A DNA stretch of 64,000 nt from an uncultured Thermoprotei archaeon (GCA_965367815.1 CBDUKN010000016.1:1-64000), one strand, 5' to 3'; counted from the stretch's first letter, positions 41,824-52,677 are shown. Notes: generated by a model from the sequence alone, not told the origin. Translations and numbers: made by a program.

Positions 41824-42089
41824 ATGGAAATAACTTACCTAGAGGAGCTATTTAAGGTCAAAGTGAGCTCAAAAGGACAAATAGTTATTCCTAAACCAGT
41901 TAGAGAGGCTTACGGCTTCAAAGAAGGTGAAGAAATACTACTAATTCCTCTAAAAGATGGAGTTCTCTTAAAACGTCCAAAGAAGGCTAAAGGCTGAGAG
42001 GTCTACTCAAACAACTTGACGTTGATGTGTCTGAGTGTGAGAAAATACTAGCAGAGGCGAAGCAAAGCCTATTTAAGGGATCTTTATGA
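41824..42089 (+). pseudogene. vapB: AbrB-family antitoxin, frameshifted near 41990
   Basis: VKVSSKGQIVIPKPVREAYG; C-terminal LRGLL is in another frame. Confidence 0.8.
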
Positions 42090-42476
42090 AAAGTATATGT
42101 AGTCGACGCAGTTACTTTTCTATACTATCTTTTAGACAAACTTCCCTCAAAAGCAGATAAAGCTTTTAGAGAAGTGGGAAACGGAGAAGCAGTCATATAT
42201 CTGCCTGCAATTGCTGCAGCTGAACTCTACTATTTATTTGAGAAAAAGGGCTGGCTGAATTACTGGAATATGCTTAAAAATAAGATGTCGGAGTACACTA
42301 CTTTTAAATATTATCCATTTAACGAAAAAATACTGAAAAACTTTCAGAAAACTAAAGCAAAAGAATTACACGATAAAATAATAATATTGACGGCAAAAGT
42401 ACTTAAGGCAAATGCTTTAATAACTAAGGATAAAGAACTCATGCAGTTAAAGGAAGTAAACATAATATGGAAGTAG
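42086..42476 (+). pseudogene. vapC: VapC PIN toxin, frameshift immediately after the ATG
   Basis: ATG AAAA GTA: KVYVVDAVTFLYY...AAELYY...ELHDKII...LITKD is out of frame with the ATG. Confidence 0.75.
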
Positions 42477-42560
42477 TTAAGTGTAGTGGATTTTGTTAAC
42501 TAGACTGACAAGAATCTAGTCTAACTGAAAGTGCTATATTGACTTAAAAATAATATATAC

Positions 42561-43682
42561 GTGGATACTAGGCAGCGTTTCATAAATATATGTCACTTTA
42601 AGAGTGTTGATAGGCCTCCTAGATGGGAAGCAACAATGGGTTTTATGCCGCAGACTATCGAGAGATGGAGGAAAGAAGGCTTGTCTCCTCATGTTAAGAC
42701 TCATCGTGATGTAGAAGAGTACTTTGGAATGGAGCCTAGAGTTTTCTTGCCTGTAAATAGTGGTTTCACGAGACCTCCCTTTGATCCACCTTTTAAGAGA
42801 GAAGTACTATGGGAGAGCGGCGAGGTAGTAGTCTTTAGAGAAGAGAGCGGCATAATATGTAAAGCCTACAAGAAGCCTCATGAGACAGCTACTCCTGGAG
42901 TAATGTGGGTTGAGCACCCAGTTAAGACCAGGGAGGGCTGGGAGAAAATTAAGTGGAGACTAGACCCCGACAACAGGAAGTGGCCGGACTGGAAGAATCT
43001 TCGCGAAAAGTACGATAATTTCCCTTATCCGCTTGCTCTAACTATTTGCGGTGCATTCGGTTTTCCGCGGTGTCTTCTCGGAGATAAGAGACTTCTCTTA
43101 ATGTACTATAGGGACCCGAGATTTGTTCACGAGATACTTGAACACTGGCTTGAACTCTACAAGAAGATCTGTAGCACAGTTATCCGTAATGTTCGAGTAG
43201 ACTACATACTAATATGGGAAGACATGGCTTGGAAAAAGGGTCCTTTGGTCTCGCCTAGAATTTTCAAGGAATTCATAAGCCCGTACTACGAGGAGCTAAT
43301 AAGTCACGTGAAGAAGCTCGGAGTTGATATAATAATGGTTGACTCAGACGGCAATCTCGAGTCTGTATTAGGCTTGTTTATTGAGGCCGGAGTTAATGCC
43401 ATGATGCCTTTTGAAATAGCTGCGGGCATGGATCCGCTTAAAATAAGAAGAGAATATGGCGACGCATTAGCGATAATGGGTGGGATAGATAAGAGAGTAC
43501 TCGCTGAATTAAAGAAAGCTATTGAGCGTGAAGTTTTATCTAAAGTACCGAAGCTTGTAGAAGAGGGAGGCTACATACCATTTGTAGATCACAACGTACC
43601 TCCTAATGTGAGCCTAGATAACATGAAATACTATATATCGTTAGTAAGAAGCATTACTGAACGAAACCTGCAGTCAGATTAA
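42561..43682 (+). CDS. Uroporphyrinogen decarboxylase superfamily protein (MtaA/CmuA-like)
   Basis: WEDMAWKKGPLVSP, VDSDGN, PFEIAAGMDP, GGIDK, GGYIPFVDHNVPP. Confidence 0.85.
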   Translation: MDTRQRFINICHFKSVDRPPRWEATMGFMPQTIERWRKEGLSPHVKTHRDVEEYFGMEPRVFLPVNSGFTRPPFDPPFKREVLWESGEVVVFREESGIICKAYKKPHETATPGVMWVEHPVKTREGWEKIKWRLDPDNRKWPDWKNLREKYDNFPYPLALTICGAFGFPRCLLGDKRLLLMYYRDPRFVHEILEHWLELYKKICSTVIRNVRVDYILIWEDMAWKKGPLVSPRIFKEFISPYYEELISHVKKLGVDIIMVDSDGNLESVLGLFIEAGVNAMMPFEIAAGMDPLKIRREYGDALAIMGGIDKRVLAELKKAIEREVLSKVPKLVEEGGYIPFVDHNVPPNVSLDNMKYYISLVRSITERNLQSD

Positions 43683-43749
43683 GTTTAAATAGCGTTTAGA
43701 GCGCCTATAAGGAGTTTAATAAATTTCAAAATTAAATTCGCATGTAGAG

Positions 43750-43811
43750 AAATCAGCCCACGGTAATTAGTTCATCCCTCTGGGTCAATGGGGGGCAAGT
43801 CTCATCACTTA
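43750..43811 (-). ncRNA. C/D-box 2'-O-methylation guide sRNA targeting the 16S rRNA 530-loop region
   Basis: GUGAUGA-GACUUGCCCCCCA-UUGA...GGAUGAA-CUAAUUACCGUGGG-CUGA. Guides are complementary to the conserved archaeal 16S GGGGGGCAAGUC and CCGCGGUAAU (rRNA sequences recalled from memory). Confidence 0.85.
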
Positions 43812-43839
43812 TGTACCTTACTTTTCTCGCTATATAAGT

Positions 43840-46296
43840 TTAATCTAGTCTCCAGTACTTATTGTAGAATCCCGCTTTAATAAATCCTTTCCAAGATACT
43901 CCTGCTTCTCTTGGATCGTAGATTACGTAGTCTGGTAGCATCATTAAGTCTATTTTCTTTAAAGCACTTAGTGCCTCGGGTGTAGTGCCGCCTACTATGA
44001 GCACATATTTAGCTGAGTTCAGGGGATTGGGGTAGACTGTAATTAAGCCGAGGTCTCCTGAAAGTTCTTCATTTTTATAAACTATAGAGTCTTTTTTGAA
44101 GTGTATTGGAATATACTCGTTTATCTTAGATATGATTTCATTTGATTCGTGGTTACCTAGTAGAATCAAGTTATATTTGCAGACTTTATCTAAGTCTACT
44201 TCCTTGTCACGTATTACTTTAGCTCTACCATTAGCGTAAGCAAACCACCATTTCTGTATGCAAAGAGCTGCTTCTCTATTTACTTCTTCTTGACTTAAAG
44301 TTCCGTAGACTAGAACAAAGGGTTTGTTAAAAACGTCGGCTATTGGTCCTGATAGCCCAGGCTTTTTAGCTAGTTTTCTTTCCTCTACTTCTGTCAAGTA
44401 TTTAAAGTTGTTTTCATTTATGTTTTCTATCCAGTATCCTTTGCTAGTTTTGACTAATGCTTTGCTACCAGCTATTTTTATTGTAATCTGGCTAGGTGCT
44501 TTCGGCAATACTATCTTCTCGCTGTTTACTTGTAGTATTATTTTTCTTTTATGTGAGAGTAATTCATTTTCATAGAGGTCTTCTAAGTGAATAATTAGTT
44601 TTGCTATGTTTACTGTTTTAATTAATATTTTATTTTGTTCAGGATCTACTTCAGCGTATAGTTTCGCTAGTTCTCTTTCTTTTTGTAGTTCTTTTATTTC
44701 GATCCAGTAGGCTTTATTGAATCTAATGGTATCTGTTACATAGACTATTTTGCTCGGTGTTTTTATGAGCATATGTGCTTGAAAGAATTTTTCAAGTGTA
44801 GGTCTATCTATACACTCTAGTCCCCAGTAGGGTCCTCTTTCGCTCCAAGTGTGTCCTTTACCTGGTATTTCTTCGTATACTACTTGGTAGCCTAGCTTTC
44901 TTAAGAGGCTGTACATTTTGCGTGAAGCTTCTACGGGGACTATTTTGTCTTCAGAGCCGTGTGAAATAAATACTGGGAGATTTAACGCGTTTTCAATAAA
45001 GTTTACCGGATTGTATGATTCGTATAGCTTTCTGAAGGCTCCCGGTATCTTGTCTATGTACCTGATTTCGCCGCTACTCGATAAGGGTGCTATAGCAGCA
45101 AATAGGTGGGGGTAGCGTAGTCCTATAAGCCATGTTCCGTAACCTCCCATACTGTGTCCAGTTAAGTACACTTGCTTGCTGCTCACCGAGTACTTTTTCT
45201 TAACTTCTCTCAGTACTTCAAATACGTCGACTGAGCCTATTTCCCTGTAAGGTATTTCTCCTCTAGCTGATGGAGCGACTATGATACACCATTCTCTTTC
45301 AGCGTAGGCTGAAACATACCAGCTACCTTTAAAGCCATGGAGACCTATTATCAGGGGATATTTTCTTTCACTAGAATATGACTCTGGCAAGTATACTCCA
45401 TATGGCTGGACCGACTTATCTACTTCAGAGAGATAAGTATCTAAGAACCACTCGTTTTTACCGCGGAACCTTAGTTTAAGCTCAAGAATGCTTTCTTCTC
45501 CTTGAGCTTCTACTGAAAGCTTAAGTAATCTATTTTGGTCGCTGGCTGTGATTTTTCTTCGAGAAACAAGCTTAAATGGAATAACTGTAATTTCGCCCGG
45601 CCCTGCTGTATCGCTTCCCTCGCTTTCATAGAATAAGTCGTCTTCAATTACTCTAACTTTAACATACAGTTCGCTATCACTTAAATTGAGTACTGGTACA
45701 GAGGCCCAAGAGTCTACTTCACGGCCTTCAGGAAGATCGGGAAGTACTGCTCTGTACTTATTGACATAGATTTTTCCGCGTGGAACAACATACTTAAGTG
45801 AAAATCCCCATCGGCCTGCCAGCCTAAAGACTTTAACCAGTACTCGGTTAACGCCTTTAGTTAATTTAACAGGGAAGAAGTCTTGTCCCACATTATGTTT
45901 TCTAGCGACTTTAACTACGTGAACTAACTTGCCGTTTACCCATACTTTAGCGTAGTCTTCGCTTCCGAAGAGAAATACTGCTGTGCAGTCTCTGTCTACA
46001 TGAAGCTCTGTATAAGCATAAGCTACTCCGTTCTTAAGCTGCCAGTAGTCTACAAAAGTTTCGCCGTAAGCTTTAATGAAGTCTACGTAGCCGTTTTCAT
46101 CGGCACTCCACTCTCTCCAAACAGCTTCTCCAAGCGGACTAGAGTGCTTTAGGCCCGGGTAAGGCTTAATAGATTCTTCTCCGCCGTGCTCGTGCAGATA
46201 GTCTACTTCAAAAGACTCTAATCCATCTCTAAGCAAAGTAGACCTAGGAAAAGGACCGCATATAAGCCATTTCCTTAAAGACAACTCGTCTTTCAC
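43840..46296 (-). CDS. Alpha/beta-hydrolase (esterase/S9 peptidase-like) with N-terminal beta-sandwich domain
   Basis: GLHG, TGHSMGGYG nucleophile elbow, HGSEDKIVP, GKGH catalytic triad motifs. Confidence 0.8.
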   Translation of the reverse strand: MKDELSLRKWLICGPFPRSTLLRDGLESFEVDYLHEHGGEESIKPYPGLKHSSPLGEAVWREWSADENGYVDFIKAYGETFVDYWQLKNGVAYAYTELHVDRDCTAVFLFGSEDYAKVWVNGKLVHVVKVARKHNVGQDFFPVKLTKGVNRVLVKVFRLAGRWGFSLKYVVPRGKIYVNKYRAVLPDLPEGREVDSWASVPVLNLSDSELYVKVRVIEDDLFYESEGSDTAGPGEITVIPFKLVSRRKITASDQNRLLKLSVEAQGEESILELKLRFRGKNEWFLDTYLSEVDKSVQPYGVYLPESYSSERKYPLIIGLHGFKGSWYVSAYAEREWCIIVAPSARGEIPYREIGSVDVFEVLREVKKKYSVSSKQVYLTGHSMGGYGTWLIGLRYPHLFAAIAPLSSSGEIRYIDKIPGAFRKLYESYNPVNFIENALNLPVFISHGSEDKIVPVEASRKMYSLLRKLGYQVVYEEIPGKGHTWSERGPYWGLECIDRPTLEKFFQAHMLIKTPSKIVYVTDTIRFNKAYWIEIKELQKERELAKLYAEVDPEQNKILIKTVNIAKLIIHLEDLYENELLSHKRKIILQVNSEKIVLPKAPSQITIKIAGSKALVKTSKGYWIENINENNFKYLTEVEERKLAKKPGLSGPIADVFNKPFVLVYGTLSQEEVNREAALCIQKWWFAYANGRAKVIRDKEVDLDKVCKYNLILLGNHESNEIISKINEYIPIHFKKDSIVYKNEELSGDLGLITVYPNPLNSAKYVLIVGGTTPEALSALKKIDLMMLPDYVIYDPREAGVSWKGFIKAGFYNKYWRLD

Positions 46297-46494
46297 CCTC
46301 CCTCAAAAAACCTCGATATAACCCTATATAACACTTATGGAACGAGCTTAATGTAAGTAAAGCTTACACATGTAATTAGTAATCATTAAACTACATGCAG
46401 GGATGCTAAATAGCTACTACGATGCTTAAAATAGTAGACTTAAGAAGAGATTATCAAATATGGTGAAAAATTATTGATACAATTTTCGGAGAGT

Positions 46495-47820
46495 TTACGC
46501 CGGTCTAACGTGACCCCATTTTTCTAGTGATCTTTTGAGCTCTTTGTGTGTTTCAGCGTATTCTTCTAGGCTGAGTCCCTTGAGGTACGCTTCAATAGCT
46601 TGTCTGACTGCTGCGGCTCCTGCTCTAGGTCCATCGGGGTGACCTAGTACTCCTCCTCCGACCTGTATTACTATGTCTGTTCCTAGAGCCTTTATTACGT
46701 CGGGAATTATTCCTGGGTGAAGTCCTCCTGAGGAGACTGGGAAAGCTGGCTTAATGTGGTACCACTTCTGTTCTAAGTGGAAAATATCGTCTTCGTCTGG
46801 TATAAAGTGTTCTTCGCGCAGTATGCGTGCGTGGTTAATTACGTCCTTTTTCTTCGCCTCTAATTTGCCTACGCCTGGTGTTCCTACATGTAGCTGGTCT
46901 ACTCCAATGAGTCTGTATAGCTTGCATAGAACATACATTGCTACTCCGTGGTACGGATTGCGTGTAAAAGCAGCGTGGAAGGCTCTGTGTGCGTGTATGC
47001 CTAAGCCGTATTCTTCTGCTAGGTCGCGGATATAAGTTAAGGAGCTCCACCCTGCTATAACTACGTCTACCATTACGAAGGGGTTTCCGTAGTCTGCTAC
47101 GAGCTTAAGCCTTTTCTCCATTTCTCTGACATCTGATGTGATATTAGCTAGCCATACTTTTTTCTCACCAGTTTCCTTTTCGGCTTCATCGATTGCTTTC
47201 ATTATTGCATTGGCTCTTTTCTCGAACTTACAGAAGGTCTGGCTAACTAAGTTCTCGTCGTCTTTAGCGAAATCCATTCCGCCTACAAGATATTCGTAAA
47301 CTACTTTCTTCAGCTCATCAGGAGAGTATCCTACTTTAGGTTTAGGTACTGTTCCTACTATAGGTCTATCGTAAACCTTGTAGATTTCTCTAACTCCTTT
47401 AATTCCTTTAACAGGACCTTTAAATCCTTTAATAAACTTTTCAGGAAAATAAATATCTTCTATTCGCAGCCCTTTAAGGGCCTTCATTCCGAAAATATTT
47501 CCGGCGACCGCAGCTGTAAATCCAGGCATATTTCCTTCTTCAAAAAGTTCTATTGGGTAAGCTACTTTAACTAAATACGAGCCGTCACCTAAGTCCTTGA
47601 ACTCATAGGCTTTAGCCATAATTTTCCATATCCTATCCGGGAGAACAGAGAGAGTAGTCCACGTACCTACACTACTCTCTGAAGCAACTCTACCTGCAGC
47701 CTCCTCTACCGTGAATTTTTCTGCTGGAGTTATTCTGAAAACAGCTATGACATCGTTCTCAAGATCAGGCTTATAGTCCTTTTTAACAAAAGTATTGTAC
47801 CACTCAAATTTGCTCCCCAA
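46495..47820 (-). CDS. rbcL: Form III ribulose-1,5-bisphosphate carboxylase
   Basis: ESSVGTWT, GNIFG, KPKVG, FAKDDEN, HAHRAFH, GKLE, SSGGLHPG, QVGGG; the catalytic residues checked are all present. Confidence 0.96.
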   Translation of the reverse strand: MGSKFEWYNTFVKKDYKPDLENDVIAVFRITPAEKFTVEEAAGRVASESSVGTWTTLSVLPDRIWKIMAKAYEFKDLGDGSYLVKVAYPIELFEEGNMPGFTAAVAGNIFGMKALKGLRIEDIYFPEKFIKGFKGPVKGIKGVREIYKVYDRPIVGTVPKPKVGYSPDELKKVVYEYLVGGMDFAKDDENLVSQTFCKFEKRANAIMKAIDEAEKETGEKKVWLANITSDVREMEKRLKLVADYGNPFVMVDVVIAGWSSLTYIRDLAEEYGLGIHAHRAFHAAFTRNPYHGVAMYVLCKLYRLIGVDQLHVGTPGVGKLEAKKKDVINHARILREEHFIPDEDDIFHLEQKWYHIKPAFPVSSGGLHPGIIPDVIKALGTDIVIQVGGGVLGHPDGPRAGAAAVRQAIEAYLKGLSLEEYAETHKELKRSLEKWGHVRPA

Positions 47821-47939
47821 ATTAACACCGCTTAGATATTACACTAGACAGTATATTAGTCTATTGAACTTTCCTGTTTTAAAACTGTAACATGGTCTAC
47901 AGTCTCTGCTTAGTTCAAAGTATTGAAGCAGATTGAATT

Positions 47940-49445
47940 CTAGTATAATGTATTGAAGACCTTTTCTATTATTTGATAAGTTTTCTCGTATTTTTCGTAC
48001 AGCTCTAGATACTTCTCGTGTAGCTCTAAGCTAGGTTCATAAACTTCCCTAATTCTTACTGCTTCTTCTATAGCTTTCTCTATACTAGAGTAGGCTCCAC
48101 ATGCTAGTCCTGCGAGAATAGCTGACCCTAGGGCTGCTGCATCAGTTACTTCGGGTACTTTTATTTTAAGTCCTGTTATGTTCGCCTTGATCCTATTCCA
48201 TAGGCGTATTCTAGTTTCGCCTCCAACCATAAAGACTTCACTTACCTCGACTCCTAGTTCTTTTAGAGCTTTTAGTACTCCTAAGTACTGGTAAGCTACT
48301 CCTTCTAGCACCGCCCTAAATAAATGAGCCCTAGTATGGCTACGCAGTATTCCGAGAAAAATTCCTCTCGCCTTAGGGTTTGGTTTAGGCAGGCGGGCGC
48401 CCCATAGGTAGGGATAGAACATTAGTCCGTCGCAGCCAGGGCTTACCTTAGAGGCTTCTTCCTCAAGTAAAGCATAGAAGTCTCCTGAAGCCTCTTGGCT
48501 CAGCAGCTCCATGAACCACTGGAGAGAAGCTCCAGTAGAATTCACTACCCCCTCATACTCATAGGTATTTGGGACTACGTGGTAGCAGCAGTCAAACCTA
48601 TAGCTTTTATCGGGCCTAGGACTAAACAAAGGTACCTCAAACGCTGTCCCTGTGCCAGTACCTATGCACACAGACCCCTCTTTAAATACGCCTGCTCCAA
48701 GCGCCTCACATGGTCTATCTCCTCCTCCGGCGGCTACCGGAGTTCCGGGCTTTAGGCCAGTTTCCTCGGAAGCTTTTCCTGAGACTTCTCCTACAGCTTC
48801 CCATGAGCCCTTTATTTCAGGCAAAATATCCACTGGTATTCCTATGGCTTCACATATTTCTTCGGACCATTTTCCTTTCTTTAAGTCAAGTAGCATTGTT
48901 CTAGAAGCCATACTGTAGTCTGTAGCTTTTACTCCAGTTAGCTTGAATATTATGTAGTCTTTTGGAAATAAAATTACGTGAATTTTATTAAATACTTCGG
49001 GAAGATTTTCTTTAATCCAGAGTATTTTTGAGGCAGAGAAAATGTAGTCGCTTGGAAGCCCTGTTATTTCAAGTATTCTTTCTCTTAAAAGAATTTTCTC
49101 TATTTTCTGTTGCTGAGGAACAGTTCTGTTGTCAAGCCATATTATACTCCTGTAAAGTACTCTGCCTTCTCTATCTAGAGGAACGACTGCTTCTCTCTGG
49201 GAGTCTATAGATACACCTATAATGTCTTCGCCTTTGACTCCTGTTTCCTTTAATAGAGTTCTAATAGCTTGAGATGCTGCTTTCCACCATTCTTCAGGGT
49301 CTTGTTCAGCCCAGTCTGCCCGCGGATAGTAGATCTTGTGTTGGACTGAAGCTTTGCCTACTATTTTTCCATTGAGAGTGAATAGAACAGCTTTGCAGGC
49401 AGAAGTACCTGAATCTATTCCAAGCAAATAAGGGGGTTTATACAC
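47940..49445 (-). CDS. FGGY-family carbohydrate kinase (xylulokinase-like)
   Basis: LGIDSGTS, WAEQDPEEWW, IIWLDNR, TDYSMASRT, GGGD, RAVLEGVA, GSAILA. Confidence 0.9.
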   Translation of the reverse strand: MYKPPYLLGIDSGTSACKAVLFTLNGKIVGKASVQHKIYYPRADWAEQDPEEWWKAASQAIRTLLKETGVKGEDIIGVSIDSQREAVVPLDREGRVLYRSIIWLDNRTVPQQQKIEKILLRERILEITGLPSDYIFSASKILWIKENLPEVFNKIHVILFPKDYIIFKLTGVKATDYSMASRTMLLDLKKGKWSEEICEAIGIPVDILPEIKGSWEAVGEVSGKASEETGLKPGTPVAAGGGDRPCEALGAGVFKEGSVCIGTGTGTAFEVPLFSPRPDKSYRFDCCYHVVPNTYEYEGVVNSTGASLQWFMELLSQEASGDFYALLEEEASKVSPGCDGLMFYPYLWGARLPKPNPKARGIFLGILRSHTRAHLFRAVLEGVAYQYLGVLKALKELGVEVSEVFMVGGETRIRLWNRIKANITGLKIKVPEVTDAAALGSAILAGLACGAYSSIEKAIEEAVRIREVYEPSLELHEKYLELYEKYEKTYQIIEKVFNTLY

Positions 49446-49661
49446 TCTTATTTAATTTGTCTAAAAAATAAATACTTTAGCCTATAGTTCAGCTACGCCT
49501 TTTCGCGGACTATTCTTCAATAGAGTATTTTTATGACTCGTGTACAGCCAGTAAATAGTGCTGAGGAGAAAGTCTGAAGCTTAAGTGCTTAATTTCTTTA
49601 CTGGAATAGTTTAGTGAACTAACTTAGTGTTTTATAGATTGTTTCTTGATATGTAGATAGT

Positions 49662-51767
49662 ATGTCTGTCTCAGTCAAGGAGTTAGTTTCTAAGATGACT
49701 TTAGAAGAGAAATCTATGCTTGTTGTAGGTGCAGGTAAGTCTCGCCGTGTACCTGGAGCTGCTGGTGAAACACGCAGTATTGAGCGGCTAGGTATTCCCT
49801 CCATAGTTACAGCTGATGGCCCGCAGGGAGTTAGAATAGAGGGTGATGGTAAACCATATTCTGCGACAGCTTTTCCTTCAGCTATAGTGCTCGCATCTAC
49901 TTGGAACCCCGAGGTAGTGGAGAAAGTGGGCAGGGCTATGGGTGAGGAAGCTAGAGAGTATGGTGTAGATATTCTCTTGGCTCCTGGCATGAATATTCAC
50001 AGGAATCTTCTCTGTGGAAGAATCTTCGAGTATTACTCGGAAGATCCTCTTTTGACGGGTGAAATGGCTGCTGCTTTCGTTAAAGGAGTTCAGTCTCAGG
50101 GAGTGGGAGCCTGCTTGAAGCACTTTGCGGCGAATAACCAGGAAACTAATAGGCGGTTAGTAGACACTATTGTTTCGGAGAGAGCTCTTAGAGAAATATA
50201 TTTGCGGGGCTTTGAGATAGCTGTTAAGAAGGCTAAGCCTTGGGCAGTAATGAGCGCTTACAATAAGCTTAATGGAAAGTACTGCTCGGAGAATGAGTGG
50301 CTTTTAACGAAAGTGCTGAGAGAAGACTGGGGTTTTGATGGATTAGTTATGACTGACTGGGGTGCTGGAGAAAATCCTGTAGAACAAATGAAGGCTGGAA
50401 ACGATTTACTGATGCCGGGTAATGATGATCAGGTTAAAGCGATTATTGAAGCTGTTAAGAAAGGTGAGCTGAGTGAAGAAATCTTAGATAGAAACGTAAA
50501 GAACATACTGAAGGTAATTGTTAAAACTCCTGCTTTTAAAGGCTACAAGTACTCTAATAAACCGGACTTAGAAGCTCACGCTAAAGTAGTCTACGAGGCG
50601 GCAGCCGAGGGAACAGTGCTCCTCAAAAACGAGAACAATACTCTTCCTTTAAGCAAGGAGACTAAAATAGCTGTATTCGGGACAGGGCAAATAGAAACTC
50701 TTAGAGGAGGACTTGGAAGCGGCTGGACTCACCCTAAATACACTGTAAGTATACTTGAGGGCTTCAAGGAAAGATGTCTGAAAATAGACAGCGAGCTCGC
50801 CGAAAAATACGAGAAGTATGTCGAGGAAATGAGAAGCAGAGAAGAATATAAACCTAAGAGGCCTGACATACCTTTGCCTCCTCTGCCTCAAGACTTTTTA
50901 AGTGAAGAAGAAGTAGAGAAGTATGCTGAGAGAAACGATGTAGCGGTAGTCGTTATATCGAGGCTGTCTGGCGAGGGATGGGACTTAAAGCCTGTAAAAG
51001 GAGGCTTCTACTTAAGCGAAGACGAAAAAAGCTTACTAGAGAAAGTCTCTAAGGCTTTCCACAAGTACAGGAAAAAGGTTGTAGTAATTCTCAATATAGG
51101 TTTGCCTATAGAAGTGGCTAGTTGGAGAGACTTAGTTGACGCTATTCTACTGATATGGCAGCCTGGACAAGAAGTAGGGCGAGTAACAGTCGACGCGCTA
51201 GTAGGAGTAATTAATCCTTCAGGCAAGCTTCCTGTAACATTTCCTAAAGACTACAAAGATGTTCCTTCGTGGAGTTTTCCAGGAGAACCTCCCGATAACC
51301 CAGTGAAAGTAGTTTACTATGAAGATATTTACGTGGGATACAGGTACTACGATACCTTCGGTGTAGAGCCAGCCTATCCATTTGGCTATGGACTCAGTTA
51401 CACGGAGTTCGAGTACAGCGACCTCGAAGTAGAAGTCTCCGAGGACTCCATTAAAGTGAAATTCAAAGTAAAGAATGTAGGCAAATATTCTGGAAAAGAA
51501 GTAGCCCAGATCTACGTGAGTCCATCTAGAGGAGAAATACCTAAACCTCTACAAGAACTTAAAGGATTCCGCAAAACAAAGCTGCTTCAGCCAGGAGAAG
51601 CAGAAGAAATAGAAGTAGAAATACCTTTGAGGCTTCTAGCAAGCTATAGCTGTGGAAAATGGATAGTAGAGGCGGGAAAATACGAAATAAGAATAGGAGC
51701 ATCGTCAAGAGACATAAAGCTCAAGACTGAAATTACTTTAAAGAAATCTCTGTTCTACGAACCTTAA
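49662..51767 (+). CDS. GH3 beta-glucosidase/xylosidase (cytoplasmic)
   Basis: ADGPQG, GRIFEYYSEDP, KHFAANNQE, VMSAYN, MTDW nucleophile, YVGYRYYD, PFGYGLSY, Fn3-like C-terminus. Confidence 0.95.
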   Translation: MSVSVKELVSKMTLEEKSMLVVGAGKSRRVPGAAGETRSIERLGIPSIVTADGPQGVRIEGDGKPYSATAFPSAIVLASTWNPEVVEKVGRAMGEEAREYGVDILLAPGMNIHRNLLCGRIFEYYSEDPLLTGEMAAAFVKGVQSQGVGACLKHFAANNQETNRRLVDTIVSERALREIYLRGFEIAVKKAKPWAVMSAYNKLNGKYCSENEWLLTKVLREDWGFDGLVMTDWGAGENPVEQMKAGNDLLMPGNDDQVKAIIEAVKKGELSEEILDRNVKNILKVIVKTPAFKGYKYSNKPDLEAHAKVVYEAAAEGTVLLKNENNTLPLSKETKIAVFGTGQIETLRGGLGSGWTHPKYTVSILEGFKERCLKIDSELAEKYEKYVEEMRSREEYKPKRPDIPLPPLPQDFLSEEEVEKYAERNDVAVVVISRLSGEGWDLKPVKGGFYLSEDEKSLLEKVSKAFHKYRKKVVVILNIGLPIEVASWRDLVDAILLIWQPGQEVGRVTVDALVGVINPSGKLPVTFPKDYKDVPSWSFPGEPPDNPVKVVYYEDIYVGYRYYDTFGVEPAYPFGYGLSYTEFEYSDLEVEVSEDSIKVKFKVKNVGKYSGKEVAQIYVSPSRGEIPKPLQELKGFRKTKLLQPGEAEEIEVEIPLRLLASYSCGKWIVEAGKYEIRIGASSRDIKLKTEITLKKSLFYEP

Positions 51768-52212
51768 TTAACTTAAATTAAGCATTTTATTTACATTAAT
51801 TTGAACACTGTTAAAATAATTTTTCTCTTTTCTGCATATTTCAGTTTTCTTTGAGGAATCGTATGCGTATAATATCTAGAACATCTAATTCAATATCCTT
51901 AGGACTTCTCCACTAAAGGTTAAGAAAGTAAATGTCCATCATCTGGTAGTACTGGTATCAAAGAATATATAAGAATACCAAAATATTACTAATTTAATCT
52001 CCTTGTTAGCTTTTCGCACGAGACTTTTAAGATACCTAAAATAATGCATACGAATATGTGCAAGTTATTATCGTAGTGTTGGTCTTAAGGGTCTGTTCTC
52101 TACTTTGTTTTTCTTAAACTATAACACTTACTAATTATTCAACTGTACTATTATCATAGTATAAATAGAAAAGTATATAAGGTATAGGGAGAAAACGATA
52201 TAAGGGGGCAAT

Positions 52213-52557
52213 ATGAATGATTTTAAAATGATTTCAGTGCTAATCATGGTAGAAATCTTGTTCTTCTCCTTACCCTTCCTCCTCGCAATTTATGAAGAAA
52301 TAGTAGGAGAAGTAGGAGAAACTCTTGAGGGAACAGTAGGATTGATTTCTGTGCTAGGTCTCATATTTGCACCCGTATTAGTAACTAGCTTTTTCTCACA
52401 AAAAGAGGAGGAGCTTGAAAGAATTAGGGAGAGAATAAGCGGAAGAAGTGTTCATAGAAAGAAACCGTACGAGGAAAAGACTACTATTTTACCTGTGAGG
52501 CGACAAGAAGAAGACCAATATATTGATTATTACATTGATTATTGCTATGAAGAATAA
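52213..52557 (+). CDS. Hypothetical 2-TM membrane protein
   Basis: Two hydrophobic helices, charged tail ending DQYIDYYIDYCYEE. Confidence 0.55.
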   Translation: MNDFKMISVLIMVEILFFSLPFLLAIYEEIVGEVGETLEGTVGLISVLGLIFAPVLVTSFFSQKEEELERIRERISGRSVHRKKPYEEKTTILPVRRQEEDQYIDYYIDYCYEE

Positions 52558-52677
52558 TTCTATAATTAAAGAGAGTTTTACAAGTGCTTGTTTTTCTTTA
52601 ATATAAGGAGACTTAAATACTTAGTTTTAGCCTAAAAATACTAGCGAAAAGGTTATTGAGTAGAGTTTCAGAGACTC

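Noticed and set aside
46495-47820. RuBisCO-like protein (form IV) or evidence of a Calvin cycle
   Set aside because: The catalytic motifs checked (KDDE, HRAFH, GKLE) indicate true form III; no PRK is in the window, so autotrophy is unsupported.
51800-52110. Possible gene relic in the intergenic region after GH3
   Set aside because: Multiple stops in the frames examined and no recognisable motif.
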